The position numbers and the translations under genes are program-made. Shown piece after piece: positions 26,504-40,879 of a stretch of 64,000 nucleotides of DNA (its first letter is position 1; each line of letters begins with the position of its first letter). This DNA is from the human T2T-CHM13v2.0 reference genome, Homo sapiens. The stretch lies in the NCBI RefSeq assembly GCF_009914755.1, contig NC_060934.1; one strand, given 5' to 3'. Under the pieces are notes generated by a model, which ran no database searches, was not told the DNA's origin, and saw only the letters and a program-made list of their open reading frames with translations.

Positions 26504-26589
26504 TGATAATAAATGTTTATTGGTTTTACCTGCTAAGCTTTGAAGGTAATTTTTAAATGCAGCTATAAATAGCTAATAACATAATTTTT

Positions 26590-28720
26590 TTCCAAAACCG
26601 AGGGGGTTTTTCTCTGAAAAACAACATGAAGGATAAATATATGAAATGACATAAGAACCAAACTGCTAAAATCAAAGACAGGGAAATTTTTAAAAGCAAA
26701 ATTCTGTTCATATAAAGATAAAAAACACATATTATCTTCAACAGAACAAAAATTGAATAGATAGCTGTGACTCCTCAAGAGAAACAATGAAAGTCAGAGG
26801 CACCATAAAGTTATCTTCAATGTGGTACAAGAGAATAACTGCCAACCTAGAATTCCATAACAAACGAAACTATCTTTCAGTAATGAAGGTGAAATAAGTA
26901 CATTTCAAGAAAACACAAACAAAAAGCTTTATCACCAGCAAACCCACACTAAAAGATCAAGTGTTTCCCCCCTCACCCCCGCAAGCAGAAGAGAAAGGAT
27001 CCCAGATGGAAGCTTGGAGTTGCAAGATATTAGGAAAGCATGTAGAAGTAAATCTGAATCAATTATGCAATTATGTCTATGTAAAGCAGTAATAACAATG
27101 TCTATTGGGGCTTATGATAGAGAGAAAATTAAAATTTGTGAACAATAGCACATAAAGTATGAAAGATGGGATTAAACTGAGTTAAAATGTTCTCTTCATT
27201 GACAAGAAAAAAGAAAAAGTACTGATGTACATTAGATATTAATAAGCCATGGGTAAATAATATAAACTATAATAAAGCACTTAAAGACAAGTAAAGAAGA
27301 GATTACTACAAAACTGATAAAAGGAATAATAAAACATCTAATCAATCCAAAAGAAGAAAAGAAAAGGAGAAAAATGATCGTGGAAGAGGTAGAAAAAACA
27401 AAAAAATAGATAGTAGATTTAAGTTCACATATATCCCTACCTAATTATATTAAGTATAAATGATCTGTATTGTCCAGCTAGGAGCAAACCGTTTTCTTAG
27501 GAAGAGAAACTATGATCTGCTGTTTGTAAGAGACAAACTGTAATGAAAGAAAAGCTTAAAGATAAAAGGTCATGTCATGTAAACACTAACTTAAAGAGAC
27601 CTGGTATAGATATATATCACTCTCAGATAAAGTAAAATTCAAGAAAAAAATGTCTGACTAGAAATACAGCCCTATTTCATTAAGATAAAACTAATTTATC
27701 AGGAAGATATAATAATTTTAAAATTATATGTGCATAAATAACATTGTCTCAAAACACATAAAGCAAAATAACAGAACAACAAGGAAAAAGAGACACATCA
27801 ACAATCATACTGGGAGTTTTAAAGATACTTCTCTCAGTAAGTGAAAAAATAAACAGACAAAAAATTTTTGAAAATCAATGAAGATATAGGAGTAAAAACA
27901 ATGATTTAAATGCACCTAAGAGACATGCACAGAACACTATACCCATTACCATGGAATACACATTCTTTTCAAGAGCACGTGAAATATTTATAAATATTGA
28001 CCATATCCAAGGCTATAAAACAAATCTCAATACAGTTCAAAGAATTGAAATTGTGGAATACATGTTTCCTGATCACAAGGGAACTGAGTTTGAGATCAAT
28101 ACAAAAACAACACACAGAAGTAAACAGTAGAAGAGGAAAAGGAAAGAAACACCATGTGTTTAGAAATTAAACCATACATATCAAAGTAGCCCATGTTAAA
28201 AAGAAATCACGATGGAAATTTAAAAATAGTTTGAATTCAATGTTAATTAAAATACTGCAAATCAAAAACTGTAGGATATAGCTAAAGTAGTGTTGGAGGG
28301 AAATTTATAACTTTGCATGTGTAAGAAAGGAGAATGACTGAAATCAGTTAGAGATTCCTGTCAAGAAACTAGGTACCAAGTAACAAATTAAACCAAAGGA
28401 TATACAAAGAAGAAATAATATAAATAGCAGAAGTGAATAAAATAGAAAACAAATATTAAATATAGAAGATCAACTTACCCAAAAGCTTGGTTATTTAAAA
28501 TGACTTAAAGAAAAAAAAAGAAAAAGAAATATCTCTGGGATAATGATTTTGAAAGACAGAGAAATCACAAATAATATCAGCAATGTATAAGGGGATATCA
28601 AAATATATCCTACAGATGGGAAAATGATTAAATTGTATTGTCAGTAAATTTGCCATTTAAGAAAAACTGGACAAAATCTAGGAAAATATAACAATAAAAT
28701 AGACACAAGAAGAAATAGCT
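26590..28720 (+). mobile_element. Old L1M ORF1/ORF2 remnant
   Basis: Degenerate L1 endonuclease-region motifs (CATTCTTTTCAAGAGCACGTGAAATATTTATAAATATTGACCATAT). Confidence 0.75.
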
Positions 28721-29024
28721 GGTCCTAGGATACGAGGGTTTTTTTAAAAAAAAAAAAAAAAAGAGAAGAAACAGCCAGAATAAATGTACACAAAATGTAT
28801 TTGCAACTCAAGGATGTTACCGTTGACACACCATTGACACACACTTTGTTTTGAAGATTGCATTTTTTAAAAATCATCAAATATTACTTCATTTTTTACC
28901 TTTCATTTTAAATAAACTTTTATCCATTTTGGGGTAGTGCTTCAGTATTTTTAATGTGTTATTTTTAGTTATTGCTTTAAAAATTTTATTTGAGTGATAG
29001 GCATGTTTAAAAATGTGTTTTGCA

Positions 29025-29374
<350 letters not shown>

Positions 29375-29937
29375 TTAATATTTAGCTTTTCTATTTTAAA
29401 AATTTTATTAATCTTGGAAATTTTAAAGAAAACACCCATCGTCACTAATATTTCAATACTATATGAAATAAGACACAACTCTTTCTATATTGTTATTTTG
29501 TCCTAGTTTTACAATCTCTAGTTTGCATGGTGTTGATTCTAGGAAAGGTGTTGAAAAAAAGTGTTCAAGTTTTGTAAATATTCCATTTATCTATTGTCAG
29601 CTTAAGTGCAGGAGTATATAAATTAGTTTAAGCTTACTGATTTTGTTGTTGAAATCTTCTATATCCTCACAAATTTTTTAATCTGCTTGCCCTATCAGTT
29701 TCTAAAAAAGGTGTATTAAAATCTTCCTCTATGATTGTAGATGTCTCAATTTTTTTCTTTTGTTAGATTTTACTTTATAAATTCCAATCTTATATTGTTA
29801 ATTATAAGTTGAGGATTATGATACCTTATTCATTAATAGCTCCTTTTATTATTACTATGCAGTGACTATTTTCAATCCTTATTAAAGCTTTTGTCTTTAA
29901 ATGATATTTTGGACTCATACTAGTATTTTTAACCTAT

Positions 29938-30640
29938 TGTAACTGAACCAGACCAATTGGGTTCAACTTTTATGTAACGAGGTTGTGAATTGCTTTTCAG
30001 TTGCTATGGACCTCCCAGGTTCAAAGTCATGTAACCTGAGCATGCGCAGATGAACCAAGTGTGCAACCACTGGTGGAACCTAAATGCTCAGACCAAGGAA
30101 CAGGGACTAAATTAAGAAGCAGACACCACTGACATCATGACCCCCAGCAGCAACTCATTGCAAGATCCAATCGGATCACCTCTCATTATCCTATACTTAA
30201 AAAAACCCGACCCAGGCTGGGCGCTGGGGACTCATGCCTGTAATCTCAGCACTTTGGGAAGCCGCGGTGGGTGCATCGCTGGAACCCTGGAGTTCTAGAC
30301 CAGCCTGGACAATGTGGCGAAACCCGGCTCTACAAAAAAATACAAAAATTAGCGGGGCGTGGTGGCATGCTCCTGTAATCCCAGCTACTTGGGAGTGTCA
30401 CTTCAGCCTGGGCGACAGAGCGAGACCCCGTCTGAAAAACAACAACAAAACAAAAAACAAAACAAAACAAAACAAAAACCTGGCCCAACCCCCAGCTTGG
30501 GGAAACAGGTTTGAGTGTTTCCTCCTCCCGTCTACTTGCCAGTCCAGTCACAATAACCCTTTCACGTTGCAAAAACCTGGTGCTTCCGTGTTTGGCTTTG
30601 TGTTGCACAGGCAAACTAGCCCGGTTTGGTTTGGTAACGC
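29938..30640 (+). mobile_element. ERV solo LTR (LTR47-like), interrupted by an Alu
   Basis: Starts TGTAACTGAACCAGACC and ends GGTTTGGTTTGGTAAC (inverted termini). Family name is tentative. Confidence 0.6.
30215..30478 (+). mobile_element. Alu with a right-arm internal deletion and (CAAAA)n tail
   Basis: GCTACTTGGGA joined directly to GTGTCACTTCAGCCTGGG. Approximate TSD AAAAACCCGACCCA / AAAAACCTGGCCCA. Confidence 0.85.
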
Positions 30641-31047
30641 CGTTTTCCATTAGTTTAATATTTTCTTGGTGTATCTATCTAACTTTTACTTTCAAACTTT
30701 ATAGTTTTTTTATTTTCTCTTGTAAGCAACACAGTGATGGAATTTGTTTTTGAGATATATTCTGAGGATCTATCTGTCTCAATAGGTAAGCTTACTGTGT
30801 TAAAATGATTGATGAACTTATGTTTATCATAATATTTACATTTACATTTTCTGTTTACCATCTTTTATCACTGTGTCTTTATTTTTTCCTTCCTTAGATT
30901 GGATTGAGAAACAAAATGTATTGCCTTTTGATTCCTCTCTTGGCTTAGAAGCTATAGAATACATTTCTGTTCTTTTAACAGGAACCCTTAATATTTGATG
31001 TACATAACTACATATAAATTTTTCTAACAATGTCTGTAATTACTCAA

Positions 31048-31347
<300 letters not shown>

Positions 31348-32831
31348 GTGATTACCCAATATTTCTATCTTTCTTCTGAATACCACATGACTTTTATCCA
31401 CTGAGCATCAAGACCAACTCTAAACCTTGTAATTGTTGCATAGCATTTTAGCTTCAACTTTTCTCGAAGATTAGAAAATGTTTTCTTGAAGAATCCATTA
31501 ATTGTCTCACATATTTTGTAAGTTTCAGAACTCAACATTTCTGCTATATTTTATACTTTTCCTCTTGATTTACTTACCTTCTGGCTGAAGTTCATTATTT
31601 AATATTCCTTTGCAGAGAATATTTGGAGGTAAATTTACTTACTCTTTAAATGTGATGGCAAATATCTTTAAAATTGCCCTTATAACAATAGTTCAGCTAG
31701 CTTTGATATCCTATATACAGTCATCTTCTCTCACCACTTAAAAAAATTATGATGTTGTCTTATAATATTTATGAGGTATTGAAAAATTCTGTTTTTAGTC
31801 TAATTCTTTTGTATTTAATCTGTCTTTTCTTGCTGGTGACTTAAAAAAGAATTCTCTTTACTTTTTTTATTTTTGTAATTTTACTATGGTGTATCCAGGT
31901 ATGTTTTTATTTATCCTACCCAGTGCTTGTAGCACATTTTCAAATGGGGATTCTTTTCTTTTTATGTTTTTTGTTACAATTTATTCTTTTTTTAATTTTT
32001 AATTTTTGTGGGAACATAGTACATGTATATATTTTGATACAGGCATGCAATTCATAATTACATCATGGAAATTGGGGTGTCCATCTCCTCAAGCATTTTC
32101 CTTTGTGTTACAACCAATCCAATTATACTCTTTTAGTTATTTTAAAATGTACAGTTAAGTTATTATTGACTATAGTCCTCCTGTTGTGCTATCAAATACT
32201 AGGTCTTGTTCATTCTTTCTCACAATTTTTTTTGTACCCATTAACTATCCCCACCTCCCTGCCATCCCTGCCGCCCACCCCAGAGGAATCTTGTGTTTTC
32301 TCCAATTCAGAAACATGTTTAGCCTTTATCTGTTCCAATACTGCTTTTCTTCCATTAACACACTTGCATGCACTCCTATAACAGGTGTATGTTGAAAACA
32401 CTCAATCTATTCTCCATGTCTATTAAAAGCTCTTTCATGTGTTTCAATGTGTTTGTTTCTCCTTACTGCATTTCCTCAGGGCTATTTTCACATTGATTCT
32501 CTTTATTATAACCACTGTAGGCTTTATTCCATCTGTTAACTTATAATATTTCAATGGCTATATTTTTTTATTTCCAAGATTTCTAATTATAATTCTAATA
32601 CATTCTGTTAAAATATCACTCTACTTGTGCTTCATTTCTGCCTGCTTATTAATTCATTGCTTGCTGTTTTTAATAACACCATTTTTTCGTTTACCTTTTT
32701 GTAAGACAGTTTAGTTTCTTCTGGAGTGAACTTACATTCTGAAGTTTGATTTATTGGCTACTTTCATAGCATTAGATTACTTTATGGGGTTTGGAGTTAA
32801 ATTTGCAGAGTCAATTTGAGTAGGAAGTTTA

Positions 32832-33192
32832 TCCTTTCTTCCTTCCTTCCTTCCTTCCTGTCTCTCTCTCTCTTCCTCTCTTTCTCTTTCTTTCTTTCTT
32901 TTTTTTTTTTTGTGACAGAGTCTCACTCTGTTGCCCAGGTTGGAGTGCAGTGACGCCATCTCGGTTCACTGCAACCTCCGCCTCCAGGGTTCAAGCAATT
33001 CTCCGTCTCAGCCTCCTGAGTAGCTGGGATTACAGGCGCCCGCCACCACGCCCGGCTAATTTTTTTGTATTTTTAGTAGAGACGAGGTTTCACCATCTTG
33101 GCTAGGCTTGTCTTGAACTCCTGACCTTGTGATCCGCCTGCCTCGGCCTCCCAAAGTGCTGGGATTACAGGCGTGAGCCACCCCGCCCGGGC
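32832..33192 (-). mobile_element. AluS with (TTCC)n/(TC)n tail-derived microsatellite
   Basis: Antisense Alu preceded by pyrimidine simple repeats. Confidence 0.93.
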
Positions 33193-34761
33193 ATTCTTTC
33201 TTTCTCTCTCTCACTCTTGCTCTTGCTCTCTGCTCACTCTTCCTCATTTAATTATTTTTAAGTTGTCTTTCTTAGCCTACCCCAGTCCCTCAGGGTGAAA
33301 CAAGATTTTATATTACAGATGACAGGCCTCTGTTCTAGAGTAAATTGAGGCTAACACAGTTCCCTGAAGAGCCAGTGGATAATTTTGTTTTGTTCCTGGT
33401 ACTTCCTTTTTCTATTATTCTGAGATTTTCTTACACTTTCTCCTGACTTACACTTCCTATTATCTGATTTCTGAGTTTTACTCTTTCTTGATTTACTCCC
33501 TGAATTTTAGTGAAGCATTACCTTTTTGGGAAAAAGTGCAAGAAAGCTGTTTTAGAGCATTTCCCTTCCTAAAAATGTCTTGATTCTACTCTTATGTTTA
33601 ATTGTTTAATTTGCCTTAGAATTTAAAGGTATTACTCCATTGTTGTCTAGTTATTTGTGTAATTGTTGAGAAATCTGATTTTATTTTTATTTACAATCTT
33701 TTGCATGTGACCTCTCTTTTCTCTCTGTAAGATTTTAGGCTCTTTATATCCTGATGTTCTAAAATCTATAGTGATGTATCTTAGCGTTGTCATTTTGGTG
33801 ACATTCAGTGTGAAATTCAGTATGGAAAGTGATATCCTCCAGTTCTAGGGCATTTTATTGTATTTGTTTAATAATTTCTTCTCATTTCTCTTCATGGAAA
33901 AGAGGGGCTCCTATTACCTGGATGTTAGGTTTTACTTTTTTATGTTTTCTATTAGTTATAGTGAATAATGCTGCTATGAACACAGTATACAAATATCTCC
34001 TCAGGATTCTGTTGTTAATTCTTTTAGGTATATACTCAGAAGTGAAATTGCTAGATCATATGGTAATTCTATTTTTACTATTTGCATGAAATGTATTTTT
34101 CCATCTTTTCACATTCAACCTATTTGTGTCTTTGAATCTAAAGTGAGTCTCTTGTGGACAGCATTCAGTTGGATCATGTATTTTTATCTATTCTTCCAAT
34201 TTCTGTCTTTTAATTAGAGAGTTTAATTTATTTATATTTAAAGTAATTACTGATAAGGAGGGACTTGTTATGTCATTTTGCTTTGTTTTCTATATGACTC
34301 ATAACTTTCTTGTCTCTCATTTCCTGCCTTACAGTTTTCTTTTATCTTTAGTTGACTTTTTATAGTGAAATGTTTTAATTCCCTTCTCATTTCTTTTTGT
34401 GTATATTCTATAATTATTTTTGTGGTTACCATGGGGATTATATTTAACATCTTAAAGTTATAACACTCTAATGTGAATTTATACCAGATTAACTTCCAAT
34501 AGCATACAAAAAGTCTGCTCCTTTACAGCTCCATGTCCACCTCTTTTTATTATTGATGTCATAAAATTACATCTTTATATATTGTGCATCCGAAAAGATA
34601 AACTAGTCACTGGTTTTTAAAATTCAGTAGTCTCTTACATTATGTAGAAAATGAAATATGGATTTACAAACCAAAGTTATAAGAATACTAGCTTTTAGAC
34701 CAATAATTGTTTTTTAATTTATTAGTCTCTTAAATCACATAGAAAACAAAAAGTGGAGTTA

Positions 34762-35382
<621 letters not shown>

Positions 35383-38300
35383 AAGTTATTGTTACCATAA
35401 AACTAGCTTTAATAATTGCCCATATATTTATCTTCATTAAGAGCTTTATGTTTTCATATAACTTTGAGTTACTGTCTAGTGTCCTTTTATGTCAAACTGC
35501 AGGAACTCTCTTTAGCATTTCTTGCAGAGCAATTTTTGTTTTGTTTATTTCTTCCCTGTGATTGTGTCATACTTTCCTATATCTTTGTATGCCTTGTGAT
35601 TTCTTTGTTGAAAGTTGGCCACTGGAATCTAATAATGTGGCAGCTGCTAGTCAAAGTCCTCCACATTCCCACAGGGTTTGCTGTTTTTTGTTGTTTGAGT
35701 TTTGGTTGTTGTAGGCTGTACTCATGCCAAGCCAAGGATCAACCTAAGGTGTAAACCTAGGGTCTCCTCAGGTGTTTTCTGAGCCTGTGTCTTTTCCTGG
35801 GCATGTGTGGTGACTTTCTTATTTCCCCTGGATATGCAGTTGCCTTTGAATGTCCTAGTCTTTAATGTTTGGCTTCCAAAAGGGCAAAACGGAAAATGGA
35901 GAGGAAAAAGGCGCTGGCCCTTTAAGTCTCCTGGCAGTTGCTTCAGCCTGAGGGGGAGGGACTTGCCTGCCACCTTGGAGGAGGGGTTGGGTGGTGGTGG
36001 TGCAACAATGGCTGTCCACCTCTGTGCGGACACTCCTAGGATCAGAAGTAGCAATCAGCAGTCAGAACACAGATCCCCAGTATTTGGAGGATGAGTACTT
36101 GCTCCTTATTGCCACCCAAGCCCAGCAAACTGCAAGCAAGGGACTCCAGGAAGAAGTGCACAGCTGCCTGGCTGGAGGCTACAGGGTGGGGGATGGTAGC
36201 TATTGCGAAGCTAAGAGCTGAAATTGACAGAAACTGCAATTTACCTTGCAAGCCTTCTATAGATGTCAGAGTTCCAAAATAGTTACATCAGACATATCCT
36301 GCCAGTACCACTTGTTGATAGATTCCTGCTGCTTCCTATGTTGCCATCTTCCCAGAATCCTCTCCTAAAAACTTTTCTTCTTAATTCTTTTTGGTTTGGT
36401 TTTGTTTTTTGGAGGGGAAGAAATTTTATTTATCTGTACCCCATGAGTTTTATTAGTGATTTTTATTATTATTTTTTAAATTAATCTTTCTGTGTCAATA
36501 ATTGTATAGGCCCAGTCATCTTAACTCCCTTTCCTGTTTATCTAGCAACTGTTTGAATTATTGTGTCAGACTTTAAGCTAGGAGCTGGATGTTGATAGTT
36601 TCTATTTTTCAGTTACTCAGCTGCCTGAGGAGGTTGGGGAGATGGGAAAAAAAAGGGAGTGAGGTAATTTCTGTCTACGTAGGGGCATTTTTCATTTAAA
36701 TTTGTTGAATCTCTGCATTTTGTCCAGAGGGTCAGTTCCTTTTGCCATATCTCTGCTTTCTTGTCTTTAAAGAACATCGGTCATCTTGGTGACAGGATCA
36801 GTTAAAGTGAAGACCTATAACTTGTGGACATACATGAAATGTGGTCTTCTATTTCATCTGTAAATATTTCAGCATGTATCTTTAAATGATAAACTTTGAA
36901 GACATAACAGCAAATATATTACATCTAAAAATTAACAAAACAACTTAATATAATCAAATATCCTGTTTTCAAATTTCCAGTTGTCTCATACATGTCATAA
37001 ATGTGTTTTTGTCTATTTGCTTGAATCAGAATCCAAGTAACTTCCACACATGATGATTGATTGATACACAATTTAAGTCTCTTTTAATCTATAGGTTTTC
37101 TCTTTCATCTCTTTTTTCTGTCCAATTTTTTGTTTGGTTGAAAAAACAGGTCATTTGTCTTATACAGTTTCACAAAGTTGATTGTGCTCATTGTGTAGTT
37201 TAGTATGTTCCACTGACCTCTGTAATTCCTGTGAATTGGTAATACTATAGGCACTCTTGTTTTCCCATAATGACTGGTTTTCTCCCATTTTTTTGTGATA
37301 TTGACAGATGTCAAACATTTTTATATGCCAACCAAAAGTTATTCATCCTTCCTCCATGCTAGTCAGAACTACTATTTTGCTCAGTTGTCAATTTGCCGAG
37401 TCCCAGGGTATAAATCATGATTGGTTTGAGTCAATTACAACAATGCTGTTTTTCTTTACCATCAATTTGTTCTAGAGATGAGTATGTGATTCCATGTTGG
37501 CAAATGAAATATAAGAAGTTCATTAGAAAAGGTTGTTCTCTCCAGTAAAATTTGAAAGAGTGTGAGAAGATCTTTTTTTTTTTTTTTTTTGCTTTTTCTC
37601 ACTTCTTCCTGCTTGATATACTGCTGAGGGAGGATACAATGCCTGGTGCTGTGATAGCTACATGATCTCAATCTGATTCTTGTTCTGTATAAGTGATCTT
37701 TTTATCTCTGGAAACTTTTAGAAGTTCCGCTTTGTCTTTGATATTCTTCAATTTCATTATAATGTATCAGGGTTGAGTTTTTTTTTTTTTTTCATTATAT
37801 CTGTTGCTGGACACCCCATGAACCATCAAACTTTTATTAAAAGTTTGCCTTAAGATGTAATGAGCCATAATAATCTACTTTTACAAGTTCTCAAGTATAA
37901 TTTATTGGTATTAACATAGTCCATATGGCATTGATCTCACAGAAATCAAATTTATCTTTTAAACTACTTTAGACAAAAAAAACAAATTAATCTGCACTAA
38001 CAAAAAAGAAAAGAAAAACCCTATACATTTTTATTCTTTTAAAACTTTAAATAATGAAATGTTCTATGCATATACAAGAGAAATAAAGGAGTATATATAA
38101 CATATATGTGTACCAGGTTTGTTCTTAAATGTAATTAACAAGTATTCCACTTAATTCTTTTTTCTTTTTCTAAGGACTTGAATTAACTGTGCTATCTATT
38201 ACATTACGCTCAGGATGCAAACAGTCTTAGGAAGAATTTGATGTGATTAGGGGTGGGGAGAGGTACCCTAAAATACTTAGGTAAGACCAATATAGTTTAT

Positions 38301-39659
38301 ACAGTTCATTTTAATGTTCTTTCTGTTTGAATATAGTATCCATGAAAAGAACTAAGAAAGAGGGACTATATCTTTCATTAAAACTTAATAAAAATGTCTT
38401 GGTCATCTAAGAAGTGTGAATTGAGAGGGAACTGTCAGGGATGCCAACCTAAAGAAAAATCTTTCTCATCCTGTGTTACAGTGTCTGAAATCTCATCTTT
38501 AGAATTGCTTTGTTGGATCATAAAATCTTTCAAATATTCAAGAAAATTCCATTGAACTGATGGCCCTCCATGAGGAATCATGTCTTATTTATTGCTAGCA
38601 GTTTCTGGCACATAATAGGTATTCAAGAAAATGTCTGCTGAATAAATATTAAACAACAAAATTGAAAAGAACATTGAGAAGAATAATACTTAAAGATCAA
38701 CTAACACTTGTATGATAGATTGCCACAAGTAATTAAGCCGTATCTTTGACCAGGATGTGTAACCACTTTATGCTGTATCACCCAGGCTCTTCATATCTCT
38801 TTTTTTTTTTTTTTTCCCAATTCTGATTGCACTTGATTATATTGTTGGGGGTAGAGAACCTGGGCTTGAGTTCATAGATCAGCAAAAAGAAGAGAGACAT
38901 TTTTAGAGACTCTTACTATCCAAATTAATATCATTTAATCTTTTATTATCATAGTGCTTATGATGTACCAACTTATCTGTGTCTTAAAAGTATGTTTACA
39001 TTGTTGTAAGAACAAATATAAGTTTGATTTAAGTATGATTTACAGGTGAGAATCCTTAGAGAGAAATGAATTTCCATTTATATATTATTTTTAGGAGAAA
39101 ATTTCACTGTCTTAAAGTGAGCTGCTTTATGACACAGAGTCCATGAATTGTACGCATATTTTTTTTAATCCTTCCACCTCAGCCTCCTGAATCGCTGGGA
39201 TTATAGGCACAAGCCACTGCACCTGGCATCAGTTGTATATTGAAAAGCAGAAAGAGGTTTGCAATCAAGATGGAAACTTCATTACTATCACCACCATCAT
39301 CACTTTTATCATTTCCATTACACTCTTGGTGCAATGGCGTTGAGTACTCTCTTCAGTCTATCAAACAATATATAACGTGTTAGTTATATGTTGCACAGCT
39401 CTGAGAAGCTCAGAGGTTAAATGCTGTCAGCTAGTAAGCAGTAGTAAGGTCTTCAGAGGGATCAACTATTTAAAGCATTAATCTAGATGTCCTATCCCCA
39501 TAACTATCCTTCTCAAGTAAAAAAGTATTCCAGAATCCTTTCCTAAGCTATGATTTAGCCTTCTCCCCTTTGTATCTTTTTCTCCCTTTTAATCATCTTC
39601 CCTTCCTTCTTGATTCACTCTCCTCTCTCCTCTCCTCCCTCACCACCCCACTTCCACTT

Positions 39660-39752
39660 TTTTTTTTCTTGCTAACCAATATGTTCAAAACCTGAAAGGA
39701 GATCAAGAGAAACCTTTCAGGTTTTGAACATAGAGGTTAGCAAGAAAAAAAA
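39660..39752. repeat. Near-perfect inverted repeat (38 of 40 bp stem, 13-nt loop)
   Basis: TTTTTTTTCTTGCTAACC-AA-TATGTTCAAAACCTGAAAGG pairs with CCTTTCAGGTTTTGAACATA-GA-GGTTAGCAAGAAAAAAAA. Confidence 0.97.
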
Positions 39753-39794
39753 GGTGATATGAATGGTGGAAGAGGTGATATGAATGGTGGAAGA
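39753..39794. repeat. 21-bp tandem direct repeat x2
   Basis: GGTGATATGAATGGTGGAAGA occurs twice, exactly. Confidence 0.97.
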
Positions 39795-40879
39795 GAAAGG
39801 GGAAGAGATAAGGTAAGTCTGACTAATATTTTAATTTATTTTAACTTTCTCCAATTCTTCTATAACATAAATGCAGGTTTGCAAGGTTTTGTAGGTGAAT
39901 GTATATGTAGAAGTAAAAATAAAGTTATAATGTGAATACTGTGGGGGGGGATGCAATATCTTAATCGAAAAAACAAAAACTACATCAAAACACAGAACAA
40001 AAAACTCTGTCCATTTTTCCAAACTAACATCGTTTTTTGTTATTAAAAGAAAAATCTCGTTCTCTCTCTTTCTGCTGTGATGTGTGTGCATGTCTGGCTT
40101 GCACAGAAATGAGGACCTGAAGAGAGATGGGTGATGTACGATGCGGAATAAAATCCACTTTGTAAACATGTTCTTCATTCCATAATGGCATCCCCTTTGG
40201 TATTTACAGAAGATTTCTCCTTGTGTGTTTTACACAAGCATAAATATGACTAATGTGAATTTCCGCTCATTCGCCTTTTCTAGGTGGAATTGTGTAGCCC
40301 AGTAAACACAATAATAAAGAAGGCTTCCTAAAGACAAAGTGAGGATTTCTCAGTGTGCTTTTTATTAAAGGATGGAGAAAATCTTGCATTTGGCTACAGG
40401 CTGACATTTTCAAAAGCCTGCCCTAAGACAATGAAAAATATGTATCATACACATATTTTAAAAAATTTTTAAAAATTATAAATGTCATACATGCTACTTA
40501 AGAAAACACGGAACATTAAAAAATGAAAAATCTGATCATAGTTTCACTTTCAATTTATTGGTATATCCTTCTGCGCCAAGGTTTTTTGTTGTTGCTTAAA
40601 CGTTTGCCGCCACTTATTCCCTCCCCACATTTTAAAAGGAAGATAATTTATGTAGAATTATGTAGAAAGTGAGGTATCAATTAGTAGGTTGGATTTATAA
40701 AGAACAGAAGAGGAGCCACACTGGCCTTTGGGGTAAAGCCAACCATATTAACTGTCCAGCCCTGTTGTCAGGTAGAGGAAGTATTCGTTTGAGGGAGATG
40801 TGAGCCTCCCTCATTGTGAAGATAGTTTTTGATCAATTATTCAATATATACAGGTTTGGAGTTCAGTATGTCTTCTAGA

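Larger units (their letters stand above)
23641..26581 (+). mobile_element. Full-length MaLR (MLT1-type) element: LTR-internal-LTR
   Basis: 5' LTR ~23641-24562. Internal region starts GATTTTTGAGGCCTGGAGTTGGAGTGCTGCTGTAACAG. Purine tract, then 3' LTR TGTGGTAG at 25941-26581, similar to the 5' LTR. Confidence 0.75.

Noticed and set aside
39831-40178. 115-aa minus-strand ORF upstream of the right promoter
   Set aside because: Low-complexity, F/I-rich translation of AT-rich DNA with no recognisable domain.
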